DNA of 64,000 nt from positions 99,076,001 to 99,140,000 of the forward strand of contig OX597817.1 in the NCBI GenBank assembly GCA_951406725.2, given 5' to 3'. The notes under the pieces are model-generated. The model did not search any database. It had not been told where the DNA came from and was given only the letters and a program-made list of their open reading frames with translations. This DNA comes from Octopus vulgaris. Lineage: Eukaryota. A program made the translations under genes and the position numbers. Below are positions 1 to 11,303 of the stretch, piece by piece (position 1 is the stretch's first letter; every line of letters begins with the position of its first letter).

Positions 1-389
1 CACTTGAAAAGGAAGATGAGGTTAGAGAGGAGAGCGCTGTCCGATAGCAAGTTTTCTGAAAGGTGGGTGAATTGTGCGAGAATGGCCAGTATAAATGGAC
101 CAATTCTCAGGTTTCGCCTGTGATTGAAAAAGGTTTTATAAAAGGAGAAAAGGGCTCTCTACCCCCTTTTTTGACCAGGCTACCGTTGGCTTTTATGGGT
201 TTTTTCCACCAGGAACCTTTCGTAACGCCTCCCCCTTTTGGGAGATTTTCATTGTTATAATCTTTCGTTGTTGAACTGTTTTTACTCGGATTTTTTACAA
301 ACGGACAAAACCCTTTGTAACCTTTCGTCCTGTTTTGTCCCTTTATGTTTACTAATCATGTGTGTCAGCCCTTGTGGCCAATAAAAAGA

Positions 390-428
<39 letters not shown>

Positions 429-429
429 G

Positions 430-790
430 TGAGGGTTGGAATTAACAAGATTAATGTTGGAACTCCCAGAAAATGGCCGACCAATTCCCGGACGTCTGTG
501 GAGGTCTTTATCGCGATGATTGTCTGCTTTACCTCCAAAACATTTCAAATCAAAAAATACAGAAGGTTAAGAATAGATTAGTTGGGTTTTTTTACATCGT
601 TTTTGACGATGAGTTAAATAAAGCTAATTTCTTAGACATTACTCTCAATTTACAAAATAGCTCGTACTTCCCATACCATAAACCTTCCACAAATCTTAAA
701 TATATTAGTCCTTACAGTAATCACGCTAGGGCAATTACTAAGAATTTAGTTAAAAACATTTCACTTAGATTATCTAAATTATGCGCGTAT
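430..790 (+). pseudogene. Penelope-like element reverse transcriptase fragment (catalytic motif to thumb)
   Basis: ORF 473..910 reads GLYRDDCLL...ANFLDITLNL...PYHKP...YISPYSNH...ISLRLSKL. YRDD, FLD and SNH are typical of Penelope/Poseidon RT. Flanked by (TTA)n and (TA)n. Confidence 0.8.
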
Positions 791-805
791 TTTCCTTTTT
801 TAATT

Positions 806-888
<83 letters not shown>

Positions 889-974
889 TTTGTATATGTT
901 TAATTTTTAATTTGGGGGCAACTTTTTATTTCAATAAAGTGTATGTGATATATATATGTATGTATATATGTATG

Positions 975-1043
<69 letters not shown>

Positions 1044-1105
1044 ATAAAACGGTAAGATAACAAAAGAAAGAAAGAGACCTCAATATTATGTAAATAGAGG
1101 AAATT

Positions 1106-1306
1106 TATCTATACAATATGTTACATTACTCGGTAGTCAAGATAAAACTCTGAGTTTCAGATGCCGAAGTGGAAATCCACAACACCATATCTTCGGTTAT
1201 CTGGCTATTTAGCCAGATAACCGAAGAGATGGTGTTGTGGATTTCCACTTCGGCATCTGAAACTCAGAGTTTTATCTTGACTACCAAGTAATGTAACATA
1301 TTGTAT

Positions 1307-1311
<5 letters not shown>
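1106..1311. repeat. Fold-back palindrome (~102-bp arms) next to (TA)n
   Basis: 1106-1207 is the near-perfect reverse complement of 1210-1311, centred on CTGGCTA-TT-TAGCCAG. Confidence 0.95.
1215..1277 (+). ncRNA. Degenerate type I hammerhead-like motif (mirror copy on minus strand ~1140-1202)
   Basis: AGATAA-CCGAAGA-GATG...CATC-T-GAAA-CTCAGAG-TT-TTATCT. Stems I and III pair; the core has CCGA instead of CTGA. Confidence 0.5.
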
Positions 1312-1350
<39 letters not shown>

Positions 1351-1394
1351 GTATGTGCAGCTTTTTATGTTTTATGTATGTATACTCGTGCATA

Positions 1395-2190
1395 TAGTTG
1401 CATATCTAGACATACTCATATATATTTAAATGATAAACTTCTGGAATGTTTTACAAATTTTTACAGTTCCAGTGATGGATTGGATCTGTAGTCTTCGAAT
1501 TAGCCTTCTCCTTTCTGGTTTTTAGAAGGCTAATTTCTCACGATTGGTATCTAGGCAGTGTGTTACATATCCCCGGGCCCCAATAATAACAGATAAAAAC
1601 CTGAACTTGTAATCTGGATAGAGTAACTGCAGATTTCTCAGTAGTTCAGCATAGATGTTCTCTTTTTCACTAATCTTCTGCTTTATGTTAACATCCGCTG
1701 GGCAGCTAATTTCTACGACTACGCACAGTTTCTTTTCTCTATCCCAAATCATTATATCAGATCTATTGTGCTTACATTTTATTGAGGTCTTCACTGGTAC
1801 ATTCCACCAGTATTCCTTTTTGATATGAGTGGCTATGGTTTCTACCATATTTTGGGTTCTTTGTCCTTGGGATTATCCTTCCAACAGATTTCATTATAGA
1901 GTGTCCTAGCTACAACAATATATCTCATGATGACATTTTCGAACAACTGCTTATGATGTGCGTGATATCTTCAGTGTGAACTCCACAAAGTCTGCATCAG
2001 TTGTCACATTTTACGGCTTTTCCTGCATCTCTATCCCTTTTGTGCATCAGGTACTTGGTTGGTATTTCTTGTTCCTGGATAGCAAACGCATACCCTTCAA
2101 ATTGGGAGGTATTAATCCAGCTATTTTAGTCCATGATATACTGCTTTGATGATCGATGTTACTATAATCACTGAAATTTCTACTGATATA
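1395..2190 (-). mobile_element. 3' fragment of an RLE-type non-LTR retrotransposon (R4/Dong-like)
   Basis: ORF 1522..1848 YWWNVPVKT..KHNRSDIMIWDREKKLCVVVEISCP...EKENIY...IIGARG matches the PD-(D/E)xK restriction-like endonuclease. A decayed CCHC region lies upstream. Confidence 0.75.
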
Positions 2191-3542
2191 CCCATGCGTA
2201 CATACACACGTATGGATGGATGGATGGATGGATGGATGCATCTATTAAAGAAATTTTTTTAAATGATAAAAGCAAAAGGCTAAATGGATGTATATGTGTA
2301 AAAGAATTCAGAACTGAGTATTTTCGCTATAATAGTTAAAGGTTAAAAGTTCAATTATTTTTGATGGTGGTTTGGTTGAAGTCTTTGTATTTATGTGTAT
2401 GATTGTATGTATATGTATTTTTATTATGGGAAATTGTATACATACACACACACACGTGTGCACGTATGTGTGTGTGATAGTGGGAGAGAGAATGATGGAA
2501 GAAGGAAATAAAATTTCTTGTTGCTTGTTCAAAAAAAAATATCTTTGCAATGGCACCCATTTTAAAAAATTTCTTTAATAAATGCATCCATCCATCCATA
2601 CATACATACATACATACATCCATCCATCCATCCATCCATCCATCCATCCATCCATCCACACATACATACATACATACATACATACATACATACATACATA
2701 CGTACGTACGTACGTACGTATGTATGCATTCAGGTTTTGGACAAGCACAAACACATAGCCACACACACACACACGGAGACATTTGGAGTCACACAGTGGT
2801 GCTAAATCCAGAAACATATAGCTAAGGAACAAAGTTCCTACCACACAGACAGGTCTGTGTCTGACAACAGAGCTTATAGATAAAAAAAAAATTATAAGTA
2901 TATAACCAGCTTCCAAAAAATTCTAATTAATAATTATTATTAATTTGCATTTTGTGTATATCTCTTTTAGTGTAACAAAATGCAACAAAGTTGCATTTCT
3001 TTGGGACCTTGTTAAATTTCTTTCTGAGTTTTGCCAGAATATTTTTAAAAGGCATAGTTTAGATGAAGTTTGAATTTATAGTTTAACAACACCCAAGTTG
3101 ATTTCGGTGAGAAATAATGTTTTCCCTTGTTTTTCTTTTTTCTTTTGCTATCAACTAATCTCATCAAATATACTACAAAGACCTTTTCCCACTGAAATCG
3201 GAGTGGGGTGGGCCCTCAGAATCCTCCTCTCACCTCAGAGTTATATATTTCTGTGGGATGACGTCAGCAGCTGGGCAACCAGAAGGGGCAGCCGTGAGGC
3301 GCGCGTAGGGAGCGGCGATTTCGGCCTTTTCGAACCAGGGTCATCGACGTGTCGAGACGGGGGAAGACGTTGCTAAGGTTGGGTGAAGCAGCTGCTATCT
3401 TTAGCACTCGGGTCGGAGCTGTGTCGAAGGATCCGTTACCACTGAAGGGCCCCCTCGGAGCGAAGAGAAGGTAGGTGCCTTTATATTCGAATCGCGCACA
3501 CACTACAAGCTATTTCGGCGCTCCACATAAGTCGTCACCACG

Positions 3543-4289
3543 ATGTCTGCGAAAATCAGGATCGCCAGCGACATCATCAGACCCTTCAATGGTGAAGGCG
3601 ATGTAGTGGCCTGGATTCGTAAAATCAGGCTGGTGGCAAGACTGCAAGGTATAAGCGATGTGGCAAGTCTTATGTCGCTGTATTTAGAAGGGAGCGCGTT
3701 AACGCTATACCTTGAGATAGAGGATGAGGAACGCCTGAGCGAGGAAAAAATAGAGCAACGATTGCGGGATGCCTACACAGAATGTGAATACACAGCTTTT
3801 GCTAAGCTGGGTACGATTCGGTGGACAGGAGGACAAGTGGACGAGTACGCGGCAGAAGTTAGAAGGTTAGCGACGCTGGCTGGGTTTACGGGAGAAGGGC
3901 TGGAGAGAGCGGCGCGACTGGCCTTTGTAAATGGGTTCCCCGACGATGTAGGGATTCACCTACAACGATTGCCCGGGATTAAAAAGATGGCGCTGAGCGA
4001 ACTGGTGACTCAAGACCGCGTGTTGACGCGACACTCTGGGCGGAAGGCGATTGCGATGGCGGTGACGGAGGTGCTTAAAGACGGACGACGACCGGAGAAA
4101 GACGTACAGAAGCGGCCGTTCACAGGTCGGTGTTTTAGATGCCAGGGGTCGCACATGGCGCGGGACTGTACGCAACCGGGGCCCGTTTGCTATCGATGCA
4201 GGCAGACAAGGCACATCGCCCGTGATTGCGACCAGGGAAACGACCGCGAAGAAGTTGCTGCTTCTCGAACTTTCCCCGCAAACGAGTAG
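3543..4289 (+). CDS. gag: Gag with two CCHC zinc knuckles
   Basis: Intact 248-aa ORF just after the 5' LTR, with CFRCQGSHMARDC and CYRCRQTRHIARDC. Confidence 0.9.
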   Translation: MSAKIRIASDIIRPFNGEGDVVAWIRKIRLVARLQGISDVASLMSLYLEGSALTLYLEIEDEERLSEEKIEQRLRDAYTECEYTAFAKLGTIRWTGGQVDEYAAEVRRLATLAGFTGEGLERAARLAFVNGFPDDVGIHLQRLPGIKKMALSELVTQDRVLTRHSGRKAIAMAVTEVLKDGRRPEKDVQKRPFTGRCFRCQGSHMARDCTQPGPVCYRCRQTRHIARDCDQGNDREEVAASRTFPANE

Positions 4290-6730
4290 AGGCGCTATTG
4301 GAGACGCTGCCATTAATTGACGTGGAGGCTTACACCATCGAGGACAAAGACTTTCAGGCGGCGTTCGGTGGTCAGTGGTGGACGATAGAGTGGCGATGGA
4401 AGGACGAGCCCCCGACGCTGGAAAACAGGGTGAGCTGTTACCAGCATACCCTGAAAGGCCACGCCAGGGTTGAGTTTGAAGACGAGGTGGAGAGGTGGAT
4501 CGAGGAAGGGGTCCTTGTCTCTTGGGAGGAGGAGGTAGTGGGTGGAGTGCTACCCCTGATGGCGGTGGTGCAGCCTACGATGGGAAAAGTCAGACCAGTA
4601 TTGGACTTCAGGGAGCTAAAACAGCATATATCGTGTCTCACGGGAGGTGAGGCGACAGACATTTGTGGCGAGAGTTACGTGCGTGGAGACAGACGACCGA
4701 GGCAGCGACGATTGTCGACTTGAAATCGGCATACTTGCAGCTCCAAGTGAGCGACAAACTGTGGCGATATCAGCTGGTGCGGTACAAAGGCCGGACGTAC
4801 TGTTTAACCAGGCTAGTTTTCGGGCTGAATTCCGCACCGAAGATCATGGCGGCAGTCCGTCCTAGGGAAAGACGACAAGATTAGAAAGGCCACCAGCTCC
4901 TACATTGACGACATTTTGGTCGACGAAACTGTAGTGCCAGCCAACGAGGTAGACATCTGGAGAAGTTCGGACTGATTGCGAAGCCACCGGAGTCGATGGA
5001 AGGGGGGAGCCGCGCTGGGGCTGAAGCTGCGAAGAGATAGATCAGGTGAATTGGTGTTCCGGAGAGGGAATGAAATCCCAGAGCTGAGTTCCAGTGTCAG
5101 CAGGAGAGAACTGTTCTCGGTGTGTGGGATGTTGGTCGGTCACTACCCGATCGCTGGATGGCTGCGCACGGCGTGTAATTACACCAAGAGACGAGCAGAG
5201 GGAGAGAGTTGGGGCGACAAGCTGGGAGAAGGGACGGTGGCGATGATGCAGAAAATCCTAGAGAGGACGAGAGCGGAAGACCTGGTCAGGGGGAACTGGT
5301 ACGTGCCCAAAACAGAATGCGGGACCGTCTGGTGTGATGCTAGCAGTATAGCGATAGGGGTTGTGTTGGCAATCGAAGGAGCTGCGGTGGAGGACGCGGT
5401 CTGGCTTCGGAAAGCAGATGATTTCAACCACATCAATGTCGCCGAATTAGACGCGGTGTTGAAAGGGGTGAACTTGGCCCTGAAATGGGGATGCGCACAA
5501 TTGAAATCCGGACGGATTCGGCCACTGTGCTTGGCTGGGTAGGATCAGTGATCACCGGTGAAAGGAGAGTGCAGACGAAAGGTGCCGCTGAGATGTTAGT
5601 GAGGCGCCGTCTAGGAGTTCTAGGTGAATTAATCGCCGAGTTCGGACTGAAGCTGAATGTGGTTTTCGTGCCTTCGGAGAAAAACAGGGCGGACGCACTG
5701 ACCAGGGTGAAAAGAGCGTGGTTGAAAGAACCGGAGGAGGCCCGGAAAGGGATACCTGCGGCGTGTCGGTTGGATGACTCCGAACTGAAGAGACTGCATG
5801 CTATGCATCACCTGGGTGTGGACAGGACCCTGTATCTGGCGAAGAAAATTGATGCTGACGTCATTAGGAGAAGCATCCGAAAGGTGGTCCGCAGCTGCGA
5901 CAGGTGTCAGTCCATCGACCCTGCTCCGTGTGGGCATGAGCAGGGAAGCCTTTCGGTGGAGCAGAACTGGAAAAGGCTAGCTGTGGATGTGACACACTAC
6001 CGTCAGGGAATGTACCTCTCCATGGTCGACTGCGGGCCAGGTCGGCTGGCCATTTGGAGGGAGTTGAGAACGGCATTGCTGACGAGATCGCGCAGATCCT
6101 GAACGGGATATTTTTAGAGAGAGGTCCCGTGGAAGAACTACTGATGGACAAGGGGGCGGAGTTTCGTTCGAAAGCATTGAGGGTTATGCTTGATCGGTGG
6201 AATGTGCGTCGCTTGTTCAGAGCAGCGTATAGGCCAAGCGGTAACGGGATCGTGGAGAGGCACCATTGGACAGTCAAGGCCATAGCGGAAAGAGGGCACA
6301 TTTTGCCGCTGGAAGCAGTTTTTTGGTACAACTTGTCTCCCCGATCCGGACAAGCTGAGGAATCTGTGCCGCAGAGAGCTGTATTCAAATATGAATGGAG
6401 GTACCCGAGCAAAGCGCCAGAGGGTCACGAGGAAAAGAAGGGACCCGTTTGCGTGAAAATAGGGGAGGAAGTCTGGGTTAAGCCACCAAAGGCGAGCTGT
6501 ACGTCTAATGGAGCAGAGGAACGGTGGCGGCGGTCAATTCCAGAAACAACGTCTCCGTGGATGGAATGCCGCGACACGTCTTGGACCTTCGCAGGATTGT
6601 CGCTTCGACGGACGACGATTCTGGAGAGGGGGAGAACGACGTGCCCAGCTTGAGAAGATCTCGACGCGCAAGACGCCCTCCCGGTTGGATGGTGGACTAC
6701 GACATGGAGCGGAGAGATTGTGATCTTTAA
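4290..6730 (+). pseudogene. pol: Frameshifted pol (RT, RNase H, integrase); protease not visible
   Basis: Motifs split over several frames: KVRPVLDFRELK, VDLKSAYLQ, FGLNSAPK, YIDD (~4901), WCDASS, INVAELDA, TDS, H-H/C-C finger, and integrase D..MDKG..GNGIVER. Confidence 0.88.
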
Positions 6731-7320
6731 GATCAGGGTGGCGTGTGGGATGACGTCAGCAGCTGGGTGCGCTGACCGGAAGTAAGGGCAACCAGAAGGG
6801 GCAGCCGTGAGGCGCGCGTAGGGAGCGGCGATTTCGGCCTTTTCGAACCGGGGTCGTCGACGTGTCGAGACGGGGGAAGACGTTGCTAAGGTTGGGTGAA
6901 GCAGCTGCTATTTTTAGCGTTCGGGTCGGGGCTGTGTCGAAGGATCCGTTACCACTGAAGGGCTCCCTCGGAGCGAAGAGAAGGTAGGTGCCTTTATATT
7001 CGAATCGCGCACACACTACAGTTTCTTCGTTTTCTTTTTCGCGTACTATCAACTAATTTCAGCTCCTAGTATATTGCAAAGGACTTTTTCCCCCTTTGCG
7101 GTGTATTAGGAGGTCAGAATAGTGGCTGTTTTTTATTCCTAATAACTGCTGTTTTTAGTATACTAAACAACCACGTTAAGGACCGGCCACCTTTGAGTTT
7201 ATTTGTTGTTTTACACAGCAAATTCCGATATAATCGTAATCTACACCATCTGAGACGTACATGTAGAAAATTTTATTAACAAATTATCCATGTTTCAGAA
7301 AGTTACCACACACACACATG

Positions 7321-7364
<44 letters not shown>

Positions 7365-7371
<7 letters not shown>

Positions 7372-7620
7372 GTTTTTGTGGCTGGACGCCCCTCCTAACG
7401 CCACCACTTTACAGAGTGGACGGAGTGTTTTTAAGTGGCATTGTACGGGAGCATGGTTCTAATGGCTGAATAACCTTCCTAACACCATCACTTCACGGCG
7501 TCGATTGAGTGCTTTTACGTGGAACCACACAGAAGCATTGTTTCAACGGCTGGATACCCTTCCTAATACCACCACTTTACAGTATGGACAGGATGCTTTT
7601 ACGTGACACCAACACAGTGC
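7365..7620 (-). repeat. ~60-bp tandem units related to the RTE LINE 3' tail
   Basis: Three imperfect GGCTGGA..CCTTCCTAA.ACCA.CACTT.ACAG units, similar to 23435-23490 and 26426-26480. Confidence 0.6.
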
Positions 7621-7694
7621 CATATATATATATATATATATAATTTTTATTTTATTTTATCTAGTTTCAGCTTACGAGCTGTGGCATGCTGGGG

Positions 7695-7726
<32 letters not shown>

Positions 7727-7742
7727 GACACACACACACACA

Positions 7743-7795
<53 letters not shown>

Positions 7796-9582
7796 TGTTA
7801 TGTGTAGTTTCGTTCTAATGGGATAGACAACTCAAATGAAAGCCATTGTTATTGTTTTACGTGTTTATTTACTTTTCATGTTACACGAACAGTCAACATT
7901 CGGCATTTATACTTTAGACACAGTTCGTACTGTTCTAACAAAATAGTGCCAAAAGTGGGGATGTATTCTACATACGTATACCTGCGTATACACATAGATA
8001 TAAATGTGTAACATCCCTTCTTCTTGAAAAGAAATAAAGGGGTCTTTTGGCAGTGAAGACAAACACAAGTAGTCTCCCTTACTCTAATGGATTGTCACCG
8101 CGAGGTGGCAATCCTGCAGCAGTTTCGTGAGATTATTCTGCCTCTGCTTTGTAATCTAACTGAATTAGTTACTTATCTTTTCATTTTCTTTTTTTTTTTT
8201 CTTTAACAGTATCGAACCGGTGGCAGAATGTTCTTTCTCCATCTGGTGGATCTTGTGCTTCGCACCGGTGTCTGGGGTGTGTTGTTGGGCTGCTGATGGG
8301 TGGTTGGTGCCCGTTGGGGTGATGATTCTGTGGGTGTTGTCACTGATGCAGCAGGTGTTGTACACGTTGTCCTCGACAGCTTTGGTGTTGGACGGATGTG
8401 GGCCCTGTTGCGTCTCAGCTGCCTACCAGATTCCGTTTCTATTATATACGATCTTGGAGTTTCAGCTCTACTGTCAACCTGTGCTGGAATCCATGTTTTA
8501 GTTATGGGATCTTGAGTATGTACATGTTGTCCTCCAAGTATCTCAGGTATTGTGCATGTTTGTTGTAATGTTTCTGTGATTGTTCTTGAGTGGCTGCTAG
8601 CTTTGCCCTTGTCTCTTCCTGGTCAATAGGAGGTTGGATCTTAGTTGGCAGGCTAGTTTTGTACTGTGCCTAGATACAATATATACACTGCTGCCTAGTG
8701 AGCTTGTTTGTAAGGTAAGTGAGGCCATTTGTTTGGTAGTGGCTTCGAATGTTCTTGCATTGTTACCTATGGGGGATTTCTGAACTTCTTTATGAGCACA
8801 CCTCCATATTAATTGATCAACAATTCTTTCGTCCTTATCTTTGAATTTGCATTTTTCGGCAACATTCTTTAGTCTGGACAGGAAATTGTCAATCGTTTCT
8901 TGTGGGTCTTGTTTCAGGCCCTGGAATTCGTATCTGTGAATTCTATGGTTCGATCTGGGTTCTAGGTGCCTTTCAAATTTCTCTGAAAGTGTGTCTGGGT
9001 TATTGCAATCTGATTCCGACATGTCCCAGCTATTGAATAGGTCTAGACCCTTCTCGCCCGTCCATAAAAGGATGTAGCTTACCTTTTCATCTTCAGTTGT
9101 GCCTTTCAGGAAACTTTTGAAAGCTAGTTGAGTTTTCTGTTTGAATTTCTTGAACGCTTCTACGATATCACCGGAGTCCCAGTTCATGATCGGATGTAGA
9201 TTCATCTGTACGGCGACGGGGGTCGCCATTTTGGATTCTCGTGTATGTGTGTCCGAAGACGAAGCGATGTTTTGTTTGTTAAATTTCTGGTTCGTTGCGT
9301 TTCTGTTTTGTTGTAAAGGCACAGTTTCCGATTAATTATTTACCGCTGCCACCATGTTATGTGTAGTTTCGTTCTAATGGGATAGACAACTCAAATGAAA
9401 GCCATTGTTATTGTTTTACGTGTTTATTTACTTTTCATGTTACACGAACTGTCGACATTCGGCGTAGTGATACATTTATACTTTAGACACAGTTCGTACT
9501 GTTCTAACAAAATAGTGCCAAAAGTGGGGATGTATTCTACATACGTATACCTGCGTATACACATAGATATAAATGTGTAACA
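7796..9582 (-). mobile_element. Internally deleted ~1.8-kb Gypsy-type LTR element inserted in (TA)n
   Basis: LTRs 7796-8013 and 9355-9582 (TGTTA...TAACA). Minus-strand PBS TGGTGGCAGCGG (tRNA-Leu type) at 9343-9354. PPT next to 8014. Confidence 0.9.
8597..9322 (-). CDS. gag: Truncated Gag of the Gypsy-type element
   Basis: KVSYILLWTGEKGLDLFNSW...RYEFQGLKQDPQETIDNFLSRLKNVAEKCKF...RIVDQLI is a typical Gypsy capsid segment. Confidence 0.8.
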   Translation of the reverse strand: MPLQQNRNATNQKFNKQNIASSSDTHTRESKMATPVAVQMNLHPIMNWDSGDIVEAFKKFKQKTQLAFKSFLKGTTEDEKVSYILLWTGEKGLDLFNSWDMSESDCNNPDTLSEKFERHLEPRSNHRIHRYEFQGLKQDPQETIDNFLSRLKNVAEKCKFKDKDERIVDQLIWRCAHKEVQKSPIGNNARTFEATTKQMASLTLQTSSLGSSVYIVSRHSTKLACQLRSNLLLTRKRQGQS

Positions 9583-11180
9583 TATATATACGTATATATA
9601 TACATATATATGTATTATATATATATACACACATACACATACATACACACATATACATCATATACATACATATACATATACGAGCAAAACGCCCTCCGTC
9701 CAATGGATGGTGCTGAGTTGTCAAACATTTAAACCAAATTTTCTCAAAACAACTTGTCCGACCGTCCCATAAGCCTCCCCTTTGAGAAACACTGATTTAA
9801 CCTAAATTTGAGACACCAGCAAAAGAAGAAATAAAGATAGACTTTTTTCTATTCCAAAGAAAAATGATTTTATTCACACAAATATACAACCGAAGAGTTT
9901 AAAGTACCAGCAATGATAAGGCTGTTGATTGGGAGAACACAAATATGGTTTAAACAGTAAGCTTGGCAGGAAAGAAACGTGCCTTTAAGCAGTACAAAAA
10001 CAACAAAAAATGGAAGGTGCAGTTATATACAGGTTGACGGAAGAAAAGCAGGACAAAAACGATGCATGCGAATGGGTTAGCTGGCGGTAAATCTATATGG
10101 AAAAGCATGATGAATTTATGACAATAATGGGACAATAATGAGTTTAGTGCATTTTTCTCGCGTACGTGTAGTATCGATCGCAACAGCTGATGTACTTGCG
10201 CGTACAAATGCAAGTTCCCACGGCTTTATCGATCGCATTCTCACCTGGAATCGATTTTTGTAATTTTTTCAAGACTTATACACGCCCTGATACCGTCGGT
10301 ATCTACATATCAAATTTGAGCGCAATCTAATGGAGGATGCCCGAGATCCTTGAAGACACACACGCAGCCAGACAGAATGGATTTTATGTAAAAGATATAC
10401 ATATGTAGTGGATCTTGCATGCATGAAGTGGATTCGATCCACCATAGCCAAATTTAAATTAACGCTGGGACAGAACTGTTCCCATGGTGAAACAATGGTT
10501 TTTCTCTGATAGCAATCGTACATCTTTCAGACGCCTTTAGCTAGGCCGAAATAATGTCTTCACCACTTGACCCTTTCTAACCTCTTCTACTTCACCAAAA
10601 GCGAGAATAGAGATAACAAGACCACCAACTAAATCTATTGTTTTCAATGGTATGTCTATCCTTCTGGATAGTTATATAAGCCAGCACTTCCCAAGCAAAA
10701 ATCAGTTCGTCACAGTCGTGACGACTCGACGGAGTTAGTCACAGTCAGTGACGACTCAATGAGGTCTGGCTGACCAACTTTGGTCAGAGGGAGAAAGCAA
10801 CTGCGAGACAAGACCCTACAATTCTCTATAGCTCTAATTCTGTTCTCTTACAACATCATTCTATGTCTCCGCAATTACTACTAAACAATGAAGAGGACAC
10901 AAACACAAACTTTACTTCGCATGCTTTTGGATTTATCATAACCTGTCCGTCGAGGCAAGGTATTGTAGCGTAACGGTAAATAAATGTTTTCTTAAAACAT
11001 CATGCATTGTTCATCTTTCCCATCATACAACTTGTTATAAGAATAACTTTTTATCGTTGCATTTGCTGACCACAACATTTCATAATATTGTGTACCAAAT
11101 CAATTAATGCCGTTACACATACATACGTACACACACACACACACACATATTATATATACACACATTATATACAGACATAT

Positions 11181-11214
<34 letters not shown>

Positions 11215-11303
11215 TACATTATACTCTGTTTTAAATAGACTGAAAGGCAGCTTGTCCTTAACGTGGCGTTTAGTATACTAGAAATAGCAGTTATTAAACA
11301 TAC

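Larger units (their letters stand above)
3252..7020 (+). mobile_element. Decayed LTR retrotransposon (Ty3/Gypsy domain order gag-RT-RNaseH-IN)
   Basis: LTRs 3252-3507 and 6744-7020 (TGTGG...CTACA; the 3' LTR has a 21-bp extra segment). Purine tract before the 3' LTR. Flanks ATTTC/GTTTC form an imperfect 5-bp TSD. Confidence 0.93.

Noticed and set aside
810-1055. ORFs rich in YI/CV/HT/MYVC here and throughout the window
   Set aside because: These are translations of (TA)n, (CA)n, (TACA)n and (GATA)n microsatellites.
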